This document shows positions 40,011 through 49,233 of a DNA stretch of 64,000 nt, in pieces; position 1 is the first letter of the stretch, and the number at the start of each line of letters is the position of its first letter. Source of the DNA: Cyanobacteria bacterium auto_48_18. GTDB lineage: Bacteria > Cyanobacteriota > Vampirovibrionia > Obscuribacterales > Obscuribacteraceae. The notes beneath the pieces were generated by a model. That model was not told the DNA's origin, did no database searches, and saw nothing but the letters and a program-made list of their open reading frames with translations. Location of the stretch: positions 32,001-96,000 of the forward strand of contig JAVHQC010000006.1 in NCBI GenBank assembly GCA_036170915.1, read 5' to 3'. Both the position numbers and the translations under genes were made by a program.

Positions 40011-42335
40011 ATGCAATCACCTGACACGGCCAATACTCGTAAAACAAGCGAAATCAAGCGTTCCGAAGCTCTCGAGGCAATTGTCGCCGCAGGGGCAAAA
40101 GACATAGCGGCAACTCCAGTGCCCCCGGCCGCACCGGTGGCTCCTGTGGCTCCCTTAAATTTGCCCGACGACAATCACATGGTTACCATTACGCAAGAGC
40201 AGCCTCCTGTAGACACTGTCGACGACATTCAGCCCCTCTTAACCGACCCACGTTTTTATCTTAATCGTGAGTTGAGTTTGCTCTCGTTCCAGTGGCGAGT
40301 TTTAGAAGAAGCTACAGATGGCACCAACCCATTGCTTGAGCGTTTCCGCTTTCTTTCAATTTTAGGCTCCAACCTCGAAGAATTTTTTATGGTGCGCGTG
40401 GCTGGGCTCAAGCGCCAGATAGAGTCAGGTGCACATACTGCTGGCCCGGACGGCCTGGCACCATCAGAACAGCTTGATGCGGTCAGTTCGGAAGTAACGA
40501 GACTGCTCGCCAGTGCCCATGATTGTTTGAAAGAACGTCTTTTGCCTGAGCTAAAGATGGCCGGCATTCAAATTCTAGATTTTGACGAACTTTCTGAAGA
40601 GCAAAAAGTCGATGCCCGCGAGTATTTCCGCAAGAAAATATTTCCGGTACTGACACCACTAGCCTTCGACCCTGGCCATCCCTTTCCGCACATTTCCAAC
40701 TTGAGTTTGAACCTGGCCGTACTCATTCGTGATCCGGTTTCAGACGAACGTTTTGCCCGCGTTAAAATTCCTGATAGTTTGCCGCAACTGGTGCCAATCG
40801 GTAAAACCGAGCCTCCAGGCGCTCGATCGAGCGTGATTCAGTGCAAACCAAATACTTATATCTGGCTCGATGATCTATGCAAGGCGAATATTGAGCAGCT
40901 ATTCCCCGGCATGTCGATTGTGGAAGTTTATCCTTTCCACGTCACCCGCGATGCCGAGATGGAAATTCAAGAATGGGAAGCCGGCGATCTGCTTGAGACT
41001 ACTGAAGAAGGTGTAAGACAGCGCCGGTTCGGTGATGTGGTGCGACTGCAAGTGCACCATGCCATGCCTGCTTATATTCTAGAAATTTTGATGAGCAATC
41101 TGCAAATCGAGCCTTACGATGTTTATCTGATCGAAGGCCGCATGCCGTTAAGCTCGCTGAAATATGTAGCAAACTTAGATCGCCATGATCTTAAATACAC
41201 ACCGTTTGTGCCTGCGATTCCAGCTGTCTTAGATCCTGACATGATGGACAAAGGCGAAGATATGTTTGCCGCCATATCCAAGCGCAACATTCTTTTCCAC
41301 CATCCATACGACTCATTCCAACCGGTTATCAATTTCCTCAATGCGGCTGCCAGTGATCCGAATGTGCTTGCTATAAAAATGACTCTCTATCGTGTGGGTA
41401 AGAACTCACCGGTGGTAGAGGCACTATTAAAAGCGCAAGAGCGCGGCAAACAGGTGGCTGTTCTAGTAGAACTAAAAGCTAGATTTGATGAAGAGAGTAA
41501 TATTGAATGGGCCAAGGCCTTAGAAGCTGAGGGTGTGCACGTAGTTTACGGACTGCTTGGCCTGAAGATTCACTCTAAACTGGCTCTGGTTGTGCGTAAA
41601 GAAGGTGACAGCATCAAGCGCTATGTGCACCTTGGCACCGGCAATTACAACCCTATGACCGCACATCTGTATACCGATATTGGCATACTTACCTGCGATG
41701 AAAAAATAGGCACCGATATCTCAGACTTGTTTAATTACCTGACTGGATATTCGGCCAAACGTGACTATCGCAAGCTTTTAGTCGCTCCAATCAATTTGCG
41801 TGAGCGCTTTGAAGAGTTGATTTTAAGAGAAATTGAGCACAGCAAAAGTGGTGCCAAGGGTCGCATCATTTTAAAAATGAATGCTCTATCTGATGAACGG
41901 GTAATCGAACTTCTCTATCGTGCTTCGCAAGCGGGCGTAAAAGTAGATTTGATAGTTCGCGGTGTCTGTTGCTTGATTCCAGGCATTCCTGGAGTGAGTG
42001 AAAATATTCAAGTTATAAGCGTCGTTGGGCGATTTCTTGAACACAGTCGCATCTATTATTTCCGCAATGGTGGCAAAGACGAAATTTTCTGCGGCAGTGC
42101 CGATTTGATGCCGCGCAATTTAAACCGCCGTGTGGAAGTGCTTTTCCCAATTGAAGACGAACGTCTGGCACGCTTTGTGCGTGACGCTGTGCTAAAGACC
42201 TATTTGTTTGATACCAGCAAGGCTCGAGTGATGCAAAGCGACGGCCGTTATTTGCGACTGCGTCCGCGCACTGGCGAGCAAGGCTTGAGCTGCCAGCAGT
42301 GGTTCTTAACCAACAATCAAACTAACAAGCGTTAA
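40011..42335 (+). CDS. ppk1: Polyphosphate kinase 1
   Basis: NRELS, HHPYDSF, VELKARFDEE, KIHSK, GTGNYN, RFLEHSR. Confidence 0.97.
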   Translation: MQSPDTANTRKTSEIKRSEALEAIVAAGAKDIAATPVPPAAPVAPVAPLNLPDDNHMVTITQEQPPVDTVDDIQPLLTDPRFYLNRELSLLSFQWRVLEEATDGTNPLLERFRFLSILGSNLEEFFMVRVAGLKRQIESGAHTAGPDGLAPSEQLDAVSSEVTRLLASAHDCLKERLLPELKMAGIQILDFDELSEEQKVDAREYFRKKIFPVLTPLAFDPGHPFPHISNLSLNLAVLIRDPVSDERFARVKIPDSLPQLVPIGKTEPPGARSSVIQCKPNTYIWLDDLCKANIEQLFPGMSIVEVYPFHVTRDAEMEIQEWEAGDLLETTEEGVRQRRFGDVVRLQVHHAMPAYILEILMSNLQIEPYDVYLIEGRMPLSSLKYVANLDRHDLKYTPFVPAIPAVLDPDMMDKGEDMFAAISKRNILFHHPYDSFQPVINFLNAAASDPNVLAIKMTLYRVGKNSPVVEALLKAQERGKQVAVLVELKARFDEESNIEWAKALEAEGVHVVYGLLGLKIHSKLALVVRKEGDSIKRYVHLGTGNYNPMTAHLYTDIGILTCDEKIGTDISDLFNYLTGYSAKRDYRKLLVAPINLRERFEELILREIEHSKSGAKGRIILKMNALSDERVIELLYRASQAGVKVDLIVRGVCCLIPGIPGVSENIQVISVVGRFLEHSRIYYFRNGGKDEIFCGSADLMPRNLNRRVEVLFPIEDERLARFVRDAVLKTYLFDTSKARVMQSDGRYLRLRPRTGEQGLSCQQWFLTNNQTNKR

Positions 42336-42359
42336 AGTCGGCAGAATTAGCCGATCTAA

Positions 42360-43307
42360 TTAGCCGACATTGCTTGTCACCAAATCTAGTGACGCCAGGA
42401 AGGTTCGAGGATCGTTAACAGGCGTTCTCGGTTTGATGCGTTCGGGGCTAAAGTTTGAAGCGAGATGCTCAAAGCGGGAAGATGAATTTGGTCTACGGGT
42501 AGCTTTTTCCATGGCTTTGAGAGCGGCGGCTTCGTCTTTTATTTCTCCGCCTGGTTGAAGACCGGCTCTGCGCATAACTCTTCTCATGCCGCCTTCACCC
42601 ATTTGATTGGTGATATCGGCTACTAATGCAGCGCCCAATTCTGATTTGAGGCCATATTTCTTGGCAGTCTCCGCCGACTTGTCGGCAAATTTACGGAATT
42701 TATCTACTTGTACTTCTTGAAATTCAGGATCAGCCAGAGCTGATTTCATACCTCTCATAATTTCTTTGTTACCGGCCAAATTGGCTTTTCTAACATACTT
42801 TTCGCTTAGCAGGCGATCGGCATAACGACCAAACATAGCATCAAATTTTTCTGGATTTTTGTCATGAAAACTTTTCAGCAAATCTGGTAATTCGCCTCGT
42901 TTTTGATTCCACTGCCTGATGCCTACAGAAATACCGTGACCAGCGTCGTTTTTAGTAAGTGTTGTCAGACCGCCTTCATTGCTGGCTACAGTGCGTATCA
43001 CCCGGTCGTTCAGTGAATCGCTTAGATGGGCTTCGAGCTTGGCTTTAGGGCCCGCGATGAGCTTGCGATCTTGTTCATCGCGGCCAAGGGTGCCGTTCAT
43101 CTTACCCAAATTTGTTTCTAAAATTAAGGGTGTGGAAAAACCGAATTTCTCCATGGTGGCATTATCGAGAGCAGCATTGCGGCCTACTTTTTGCTCATGG
43201 GGAGGCATAGCATCAATCTCTTTTTGCGCGCCGCGATTAAAATTGTCTCCGCCGCGAAGCGTAGTTCTTTCGTTTCGAGGTGTGAAATCGGTAGTTTCGA
43301 TTGACAT
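42360..43307 (-). CDS. Putative lysozyme-fold glycoside hydrolase with N-terminal extension
   Basis: ASNEGG..ND..GISVGIRQWN pattern; no Sec signal. Confidence 0.5.
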   Translation of the reverse strand: MSIETTDFTPRNERTTLRGGDNFNRGAQKEIDAMPPHEQKVGRNAALDNATMEKFGFSTPLILETNLGKMNGTLGRDEQDRKLIAGPKAKLEAHLSDSLNDRVIRTVASNEGGLTTLTKNDAGHGISVGIRQWNQKRGELPDLLKSFHDKNPEKFDAMFGRYADRLLSEKYVRKANLAGNKEIMRGMKSALADPEFQEVQVDKFRKFADKSAETAKKYGLKSELGAALVADITNQMGEGGMRRVMRRAGLQPGGEIKDEAAALKAMEKATRRPNSSSRFEHLASNFSPERIKPRTPVNDPRTFLASLDLVTSNVG

Positions 43308-43351
43308 GAGGGATCTCCGGCGATTCGATATACCTATAATGTGGGCAATTA

Positions 43352-43371
43352 CGTGAAAATCCCGTGACTGC
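43352..43371 (-). promoter_or_regulatory. 20-bp upstream motif, copy 1 (TCAC-N7-TCAC)
   Basis: CGTGAAAATCCCGTGACTGC; 19/20 identical to 46976-46995. Confidence 0.65.
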
Positions 43372-43501
43372 CATGCTAGAGCTGCATCCGGGATTTTGGT
43401 CTCTTAGCCTCTTGAGTTGCCAATAATTTGCCAGTAACCTGACCATACATTGCCCGTTCGATGTAATAGTCTGAGACTACTTACGAGGGACGGCAATTTA
43501 T

Positions 43502-45025
43502 ATGGCAAATGACCGCACAACTGCAGAAAAGCCTGAAGCATCTGAGTCGCTTTCACCGCGTTTTTTCCAGTCAGGGGAAAGAATGGTGCAAGATGCCTAT
43601 TCTTTATCACCTGTTCGGTCCAGCAAAGATCTGGTACCTTCTTCTGCTGAACGATATTTGCCGAAGTTCGATGATTTGTTCAACGCTGATGATCGCTCTG
43701 AGAAAACTTCCTATGCGACCAAGTGGCCTGTAGACCAGGCCAAAATGGAAGCTGCTGCAAAAGATCTGGACTCGGCTTTTAACGCCACCAGTAAGTACTC
43801 ACCAGCACGCCTGCTGGGCTCTGGCTACGACTTCAACAAAATCTATAAAATTCTGGAGAATAAAACACCAGAAGAAATAAAGCGTATTGACGATCTGTAC
43901 ACCCACAAATACGGCATCAGATTCGATAGCAATAAAGTAGAAATGCTGAATCTTAGCGAACAAATGCGTCGCGTTGCCAGCCCAGGTGAAAATGCCCGTT
44001 TCCAGATGCTGATCGATGCAAAGAAAAGCAATGACGTACCAGAAGAGTTTCGCATCACCGGAGATCAGTTGCTTAAAGCCGGCAGTAATTTGAAAGTTGG
44101 TGAAGTCAATGACGTTAAAATCGGAGATCGTCACTATGAAATTTACGTGCCTAAAAATGCAGATTCTCGAGCCCCTATGGTCATAGCTATGCACGGCGCT
44201 GCTGCTGGAGACGGTGCTGGGCTACCTCGTGAAGAGATGGGTATGGTTGCCGCTGCTGAGCGCACAGGCAGCATCGTTGTATTCGCTTATCCTAAATTGA
44301 ATACTTTCGATGCAGGTAGAGTCGCCAACGCAATTGGCGCAAACACTGGTGCTGCTTGGAACGTTCCTGGCCGCATTAATTTGCCTGCTCAAGAAAACAG
44401 CTCTTACAGTGATGTCGATTATCTTGATCAGGTAATTAAAAATGTCAAGGCCAAGGTTTCGACACCAGATCAGGTGGGCCTGGCCGGCTTCAGCGATGGT
44501 GCCAGATTTGCTCAAGTCTATGCTACTGAGCGTCCTAATCAGGTTTCAGGAGTATATAGCAGCCATGGCACCTGGATGACCGGCGAACAGGCACCACGCC
44601 AATCAGTGCCGATTAAAATCGTTCTTGGCGCCGATGATCAGACTCTTCCACTCAAAGGTGGCATGGGTGATATCAGTAAGAAAATGGACTGGATGATCAA
44701 AACCAATCTTGAGCTTTCTCAGCCCCTTAAGCAAGAAAAAGTATGGGCAGCCGCAAACGACTGTGAGGCCAATGCCAAAAAGGTAGTAAAAGCCGACGTG
44801 GTGGTCAGTGAGTACAACTGCAAGGGTGCGCCGGTGGTGGTGGAAATAATTAAAGATGGACAGCATGCCTGGGATGACCATGGTAATCGCGGAATGCCAC
44901 TAATTCAGTCAGTTTTACATGGTACACCCGATCGAACACGCAGCGCCGCACTCGACGCCCAGCAGTGGCTTAAACAACAAGCCGTTGCCAGAGAAAAGAT
45001 GCCAGCCAAAGCTTATGGTAATTAA
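43502..45025 (+). CDS. Annexin-like repeat fused to a PHB-depolymerase/LpqC-type esterase
   Basis: Annexin-like segment at about aa 82-172; MHG, DVDYL, GFSDG, GADD, GQHAW. Confidence 0.8.
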   Translation: MANDRTTAEKPEASESLSPRFFQSGERMVQDAYSLSPVRSSKDLVPSSAERYLPKFDDLFNADDRSEKTSYATKWPVDQAKMEAAAKDLDSAFNATSKYSPARLLGSGYDFNKIYKILENKTPEEIKRIDDLYTHKYGIRFDSNKVEMLNLSEQMRRVASPGENARFQMLIDAKKSNDVPEEFRITGDQLLKAGSNLKVGEVNDVKIGDRHYEIYVPKNADSRAPMVIAMHGAAAGDGAGLPREEMGMVAAAERTGSIVVFAYPKLNTFDAGRVANAIGANTGAAWNVPGRINLPAQENSSYSDVDYLDQVIKNVKAKVSTPDQVGLAGFSDGARFAQVYATERPNQVSGVYSSHGTWMTGEQAPRQSVPIKIVLGADDQTLPLKGGMGDISKKMDWMIKTNLELSQPLKQEKVWAAANDCEANAKKVVKADVVVSEYNCKGAPVVVEIIKDGQHAWDDHGNRGMPLIQSVLHGTPDRTRSAALDAQQWLKQQAVAREKMPAKAYGN

Positions 45026-46926
45026 GGCTTGATCAGGCAGTGGGGCAAAGCTCGCTTAAGCGCTGTCACTTCATTTTCAGACCAGCTCTGGGTAGAAATT
45101 GCAAGAATCTTCAGTTGTTTGAACTTTGCCAGAGTTTTCGAGCAGTTTGAATCGAGTGGTACATAAGAGATAGAAAGTCGATTCAACTTAGGTAAATCGG
45201 CTAACAGGCCGAGCCCGGTTGCATCGATCTGTCTATTGCCGTTCAGTTCCAGAAATTCAAGATTGCTCAATGAACTGATGATTTTTAGATCTTGATTTTG
45301 CAGATTATCATTGTTGAGGGCCAGATGTTTTATATGTTGGTTATTTTTCAAGGTCGACAAAACATTGCTAACATCAGTCATATCGCACGCTTCTAGTGTC
45401 TTCAATTCTTTCAGTCGATTGAATTTAAGTAAATCAGAACCATTTATATCGGTATCTTCTAAAACCAATTCAGTCAGACCTGGAAGCTTATTCAATGTAT
45501 CAATTGACTTTGCAGTGACGGCACAATTTTTCACTTCAAGAGACTTCAGACCGGTCAGAGAGCCGATATATTTCATGGCCCGATCGTTAAATTCAACGGG
45601 GCATCCTTTAATCGAAAGCTCTGCCAGGTCATTTGGGCGGAAGGATTGAAACAGATGAGGTTGCTGCAAAAAAAGATCACTTGGGGTAAATTTGAGCGGC
45701 AGGTGCATAGGCACTATCACTACTCCACTGGCGTTGATGCTATTTTCACCAGCTATGAATTTACCCATGCTGTTTTTAGGAAAATAAAAGCGGGTTTGAC
45801 CTTGCTCGGTAACATCGCTGGCCACAGTGTGTGGAAGTAAGCTGCTGGTAGTACCTGGAATCGGCAGCTGCTCAAATTCAGGCTCTGTCGTGTTGTAGCC
45901 CACTGTGCTGGGAAAAGCATAAAAGATCAGAGTAGCAAAAGCCGACAATAGCAAAAACACTAAGGAAATCATGACCCACAGAAGCTTGCTATTCTTATTT
46001 GAAAGTGGTGCCAGTAAGGTCGAAGAATCAGAGGAACTTGCCCTTGTCACTTCACTGTCAATTCTTTGGCCGGAGGAGAGACGGTTCAGGTCATCTCTTA
46101 AATCAGCCATGCTTTGATAACGCTCTTCCGGATTTTTAGCCAGCATCTTTTGCAAAATCAGATCCCAATTGAAATGATTTTCCGGCGGATTGCTCAAATC
46201 ACCAAGATACGGCACAGGCTCTGTGATATGAAGCACAGCTGTGGCGAAAGCGTTCTCACCTTGATAGGGCACAGTGCCACTTAATGCCTCAAATAAGGAG
46301 ACGCCCAGTGAATAAATATCGGCACTGGCAGAAATATTTTCGCCATTCCATTGTTCTGGGCTCATGTAATAAGGACTGCCAAAAACTTCACCGGTGGCTG
46401 TAAGTGATTGTACAAACTCACTGCCGCTGCCACATTTCGAAAGGCCAAAATCTATAAGTTTCGCTCCGGTGATTTCTCCATGCATATCAGTGGTCAATAT
46501 TATATTGGCCGGCTTAATGTCGCGATGAATAATATTGAGCTCGTGAGCGTAAAGTAACGCGCTAGCCATGGCCTTGAACACTGTTAATGTCTCGTAGCCT
46601 GTCAGGGGCCCGTTGCTTTTTATACGCTCATGGAGTGTTTGACCGTGCACCAGTTCCATTACCAGGTAAGGCACTTTTTTGTCGAGCAGACCAAAATCAT
46701 AGACCCTGGCTATATTCGGATGATTTAAGCGGCTGGCAATGCGTGCCTCCCGTTCAAATCTACCCCACGATACTTGTCGGTCAAGATTGAGTTCTAGAGT
46801 TTTTAAGGCCAGCTGGCGATTGCGTACAAGATCTACCGTCAAATAGACTGTGCCCGAGCCTCCCTGACCGATTGTGGTGACAATCTGATAGCGTTCATCA
46901 ATGAGGCTGTCGGTGCTGCAAAACAT
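45022..46926 (-). CDS. Ser/Thr kinase - TM - leucine-rich-repeat receptor-like protein
   Basis: HRDIKPAN, DFG, GSPYYMSPEQ; TM; LxxLxL repeats. Confidence 0.92.
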   Translation of the reverse strand: MFCSTDSLIDERYQIVTTIGQGGSGTVYLTVDLVRNRQLALKTLELNLDRQVSWGRFEREARIASRLNHPNIARVYDFGLLDKKVPYLVMELVHGQTLHERIKSNGPLTGYETLTVFKAMASALLYAHELNIIHRDIKPANIILTTDMHGEITGAKLIDFGLSKCGSGSEFVQSLTATGEVFGSPYYMSPEQWNGENISASADIYSLGVSLFEALSGTVPYQGENAFATAVLHITEPVPYLGDLSNPPENHFNWDLILQKMLAKNPEERYQSMADLRDDLNRLSSGQRIDSEVTRASSSDSSTLLAPLSNKNSKLLWVMISLVFLLLSAFATLIFYAFPSTVGYNTTEPEFEQLPIPGTTSSLLPHTVASDVTEQGQTRFYFPKNSMGKFIAGENSINASGVVIVPMHLPLKFTPSDLFLQQPHLFQSFRPNDLAELSIKGCPVEFNDRAMKYIGSLTGLKSLEVKNCAVTAKSIDTLNKLPGLTELVLEDTDINGSDLLKFNRLKELKTLEACDMTDVSNVLSTLKNNQHIKHLALNNDNLQNQDLKIISSLSNLEFLELNGNRQIDATGLGLLADLPKLNRLSISYVPLDSNCSKTLAKFKQLKILAISTQSWSENEVTALKRALPHCLIKP

Positions 46927-46975
46927 ATGTTGATGAGTTCATTACTAAGTAAGAAGCCTACAGTAATAAATCAGG

Positions 46976-46995
46976 CGTGAAAATCTCGTGACTGC
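46976..46995 (-). promoter_or_regulatory. 20-bp upstream motif, copy 2
   Basis: CGTGAAAATCTCGTGACTGC; TACTGT -10-like hexamer 11 nt downstream on the minus strand. Confidence 0.65.
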
Positions 46996-47006
46996 AATTC
47001 AATCAG

Positions 47007-47036
47007 ATTGCCGCGGTGGCTGTCCGCCGCGGCAAT
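47007..47036. terminator. GC-rich hairpin downstream of rtcB
   Basis: ATTGCCGCGGTGG-CTGT-CCGCCGCGGCAAT; weak U-tract. Confidence 0.6.
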
Positions 47037-47059
47037 ATTGATCAGAATTGCGATTTACT

Positions 47060-48316
47060 TCAACCCTTGACACAGACCAGGGGTCTGAGTTTGTGGACAA
47101 TTTCAACCAGACTGGCCTGGGCGGCCATCACCGCATCTAGTGGCTTGTAGGCTGAAGGCGATTCGTCAAGAATACCTTCGTCCTTGCGGCACTCTACGTG
47201 TGCGGTGTCCTCAGCATGGCGCTCAAGAGAAATTTTCTTTCTTGCTTGTGTACGCGACATGGTTCGACCGGCGCCGTGAGAACAGCTGTTGAAGCTCTGA
47301 GCGTTACCCTTGCCCTTGACGATGTAAGAACCCACGCCCATTGAACCTGGGATGATGCCCCAATCGCCAAGTTGCGCTCTGACTGCACCCTTTCTAGTGA
47401 CCCAAACATCTTCACCGAAGTGAATTTCTCTAGTCACATAGTTGTGGTGGCAGTTGATCACTTGTGCTTCTGCTTCAAAATCAGGCAGCAGACCAGTGGC
47501 CTTAAGCGCAGTGATGACCTGTCCCATCATTACCTGTCTGTTCAAATAGGCATAGTCTTGTGCCCACTGAACGGCAAAGAGATAGTCGTCAAAATATAAG
47601 GCTCCTTCTGAAAGGTAGGCCAAATCTTGATCAGGCAAATGAATTTGGTTCTTTGCCATTTCTTTGCGAGCCAGGTCGATGAAATAAGTACCGATGCGGT
47701 TGCCCACACCACGGCTGCCTGAGTGCAGCATGAACCAGACATTGTCACTGCCATCGAGCAAAATCTCGATGAAGTGATTACCAGATCCAAGTGTACCGAG
47801 CTGTAGACGGTTACGATTTTGGCCAATTTCTACTTGTGGGTGCTTTTCAGCAATCACATCCCATCTGTCAGCCAGCGAAGCCCAGGCCTGATTGACCGGC
47901 TTTTGAGCCGGATGGTTGCCTGCCAGATCGTTGCGCCAGAAGCCAGCACCAACAGGCACTGCATTCTCAATGGCATTTCTTAAAGCCTTGAGATCGTCAG
48001 GCAAATCGGTGGCCTTTAAACTGGTGGCAATTGCAATCATGCCGCATCCTAAGTCAACTCCAACCGCAGCAGGAATGATTGCTTTAAAAGTTGGAATAAC
48101 CGTACCGACAGTGGTGCCCTTACCCATATGAGCATCGGGCATGACCGCGATATGTTTGTGAATAAAAGGCATTGAAGCTAAATTGATCAGCTGTTGGAGA
48201 GCAGGTTGTTCTAGTGCAACACCCTTAATCCAGGCCTTGATTGGCTTTCTTTCTTTGATCTTGATCATCTCGTAGTCTTCGTGAGAGCTATCGAGGTGAA
48301 TTTTTTCGCTGTTCAT
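47060..48316 (-). CDS. rtcB: RNA 3'-phosphate/5'-OH ligase RtcB
   Basis: MPDAH, VGVDLGCG, GSGNHF, HSGSRG, HHNY, PGSMG, HGAGR, DESPSAYK. Confidence 0.96.
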   Translation of the reverse strand: MNSEKIHLDSSHEDYEMIKIKERKPIKAWIKGVALEQPALQQLINLASMPFIHKHIAVMPDAHMGKGTTVGTVIPTFKAIIPAAVGVDLGCGMIAIATSLKATDLPDDLKALRNAIENAVPVGAGFWRNDLAGNHPAQKPVNQAWASLADRWDVIAEKHPQVEIGQNRNRLQLGTLGSGNHFIEILLDGSDNVWFMLHSGSRGVGNRIGTYFIDLARKEMAKNQIHLPDQDLAYLSEGALYFDDYLFAVQWAQDYAYLNRQVMMGQVITALKATGLLPDFEAEAQVINCHHNYVTREIHFGEDVWVTRKGAVRAQLGDWGIIPGSMGVGSYIVKGKGNAQSFNSCSHGAGRTMSRTQARKKISLERHAEDTAHVECRKDEGILDESPSAYKPLDAVMAAQASLVEIVHKLRPLVCVKG

Positions 48317-48344
48317 TTTTCTATCTCTTTCTTGTGATTTTAAC

Positions 48345-48563
48345 TTACATGGCCTTAGTGGGCTGTAGGGTCAGCTGTAACAACGACTTAATCTCGATGA
48401 CCGCGCCTTCGGCATCCTCTGTCACCCCTGTGGCTGGGGTGGCATTAACGGCATCGCTGTTGCAATTACCGTATTCGCGGTAACCGGCATGTACAAATAC
48501 ATGCTCAACGATAAATCGCCTCATCAGGCGAGCAGGATTTATGGCTTCGATCATGAACCTCAT
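48345..48563 (-). CDS. Small ORF (72 aa) directly upstream of rtcB
   Basis: GGAGG 7 nt before ATG; MRFMIEAINP...QPTKAM. Confidence 0.5.
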   Translation of the reverse strand: MRFMIEAINPARLMRRFIVEHVFVHAGYREYGNCNSDAVNATPATGVTEDAEGAVIEIKSLLQLTLQPTKAM

Positions 48564-48769
48564 ATCAGTTCCTCCGAGTGTTTGGGTGTGGCCAGTGATA
48601 TCACCGGTGGTGCCGCACGAATGCGACAGCCGGCTTTCAGGCGGATGAAAAATTTGCTTCAATGCAATTAGCTATCAGGTAATTTGGTAAATTCTTTGCC
48701 GTGAATTGACCCTGGTTCATCAAAAGATGAAGCAGCAAAAACCGCTAGCTGTCTATGTTTTAAAAGGGT

Positions 48770-48922
48770 TTACGCTCGCCGTGTCGGTGTGGTCACCGAA
48801 TACATATTGAGGTTACTGCCTTTGAAATTTTTGCTTACTGAAAAGACCTGCTCGTTAGAATACGAGCCGCACATAATGCCGCGGGAATCTCGTTTAACGA
48901 TGCTGGTGGTTGGCCGAAACAT
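48770..48922 (-). CDS. Small ORF (50 aa) in the rtcB leader
   Basis: GAGGA before ATG; MFRPTTSIVKRDSRGIMCGS...TPTRRA (hand-translated). Confidence 0.4.
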   Translation of the reverse strand: MFRPTTSIVKRDSRGIMCGSYSNEQVFSVSKNFKGSNLNMYSVTTPTRRA

Positions 48923-49000
48923 GGCGCTGTCCTCGTCTTTACAGATTGACCGAAATAAAAAGCTCCTCGCGGGAGCAGTTCAAGGTCAATGCATAATTCC

Positions 49001-49035
49001 AGAATAGTAGCGCTCGCAATTTATGTCAAGCGCTA
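49001..49035 (-). promoter_or_regulatory. Sigma70-type promoter with overlapping inverted repeat
   Basis: TTGACA (49029-49024), 17 nt, TATTCT (49006-49001); TAGCGCT-N14-AGCGCTA at 49008-49035. Confidence 0.75.
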
Positions 49036-49128
49036 TTTTTCAATTGTTGCTATTTGCCAGCGAAATATCGCCGCATCACATATGGTGGCACTGAGCCAGT
49101 CAATTTATTGGTGCGCTTCTTAAATGCG

Positions 49129-49233
49129 CTACGGATTGTCTTCAATGTAATCACCACCCATCGTGGTGAAATCATTGATTAAAGTGCAGATTATCGTTCC
49201 CAGGACAACAATGGCCAAACTGGCAAGAGTCAT
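49129..49233 (-). CDS. Small hydrophobic peptide (34 aa)
   Basis: MTLASLAIVVLGTIICTLINDFTTMGGDYIEDNP; GGAG upstream; lies downstream of a boxed promoter. Confidence 0.45.
   Translation of the reverse strand: MTLASLAIVVLGTIICTLINDFTTMGGDYIEDNP

Noticed and set aside
48480..48535. Hammerhead-like CUGAUGAG on the minus strand upstream of rtcB
   Set aside because: It is followed by GAGC instead of GAAA, and stem I cannot form
48317..48995. tRNA or Y RNA upstream of rtcB
   Set aside because: No GTTCRA T-loop or cloverleaf found
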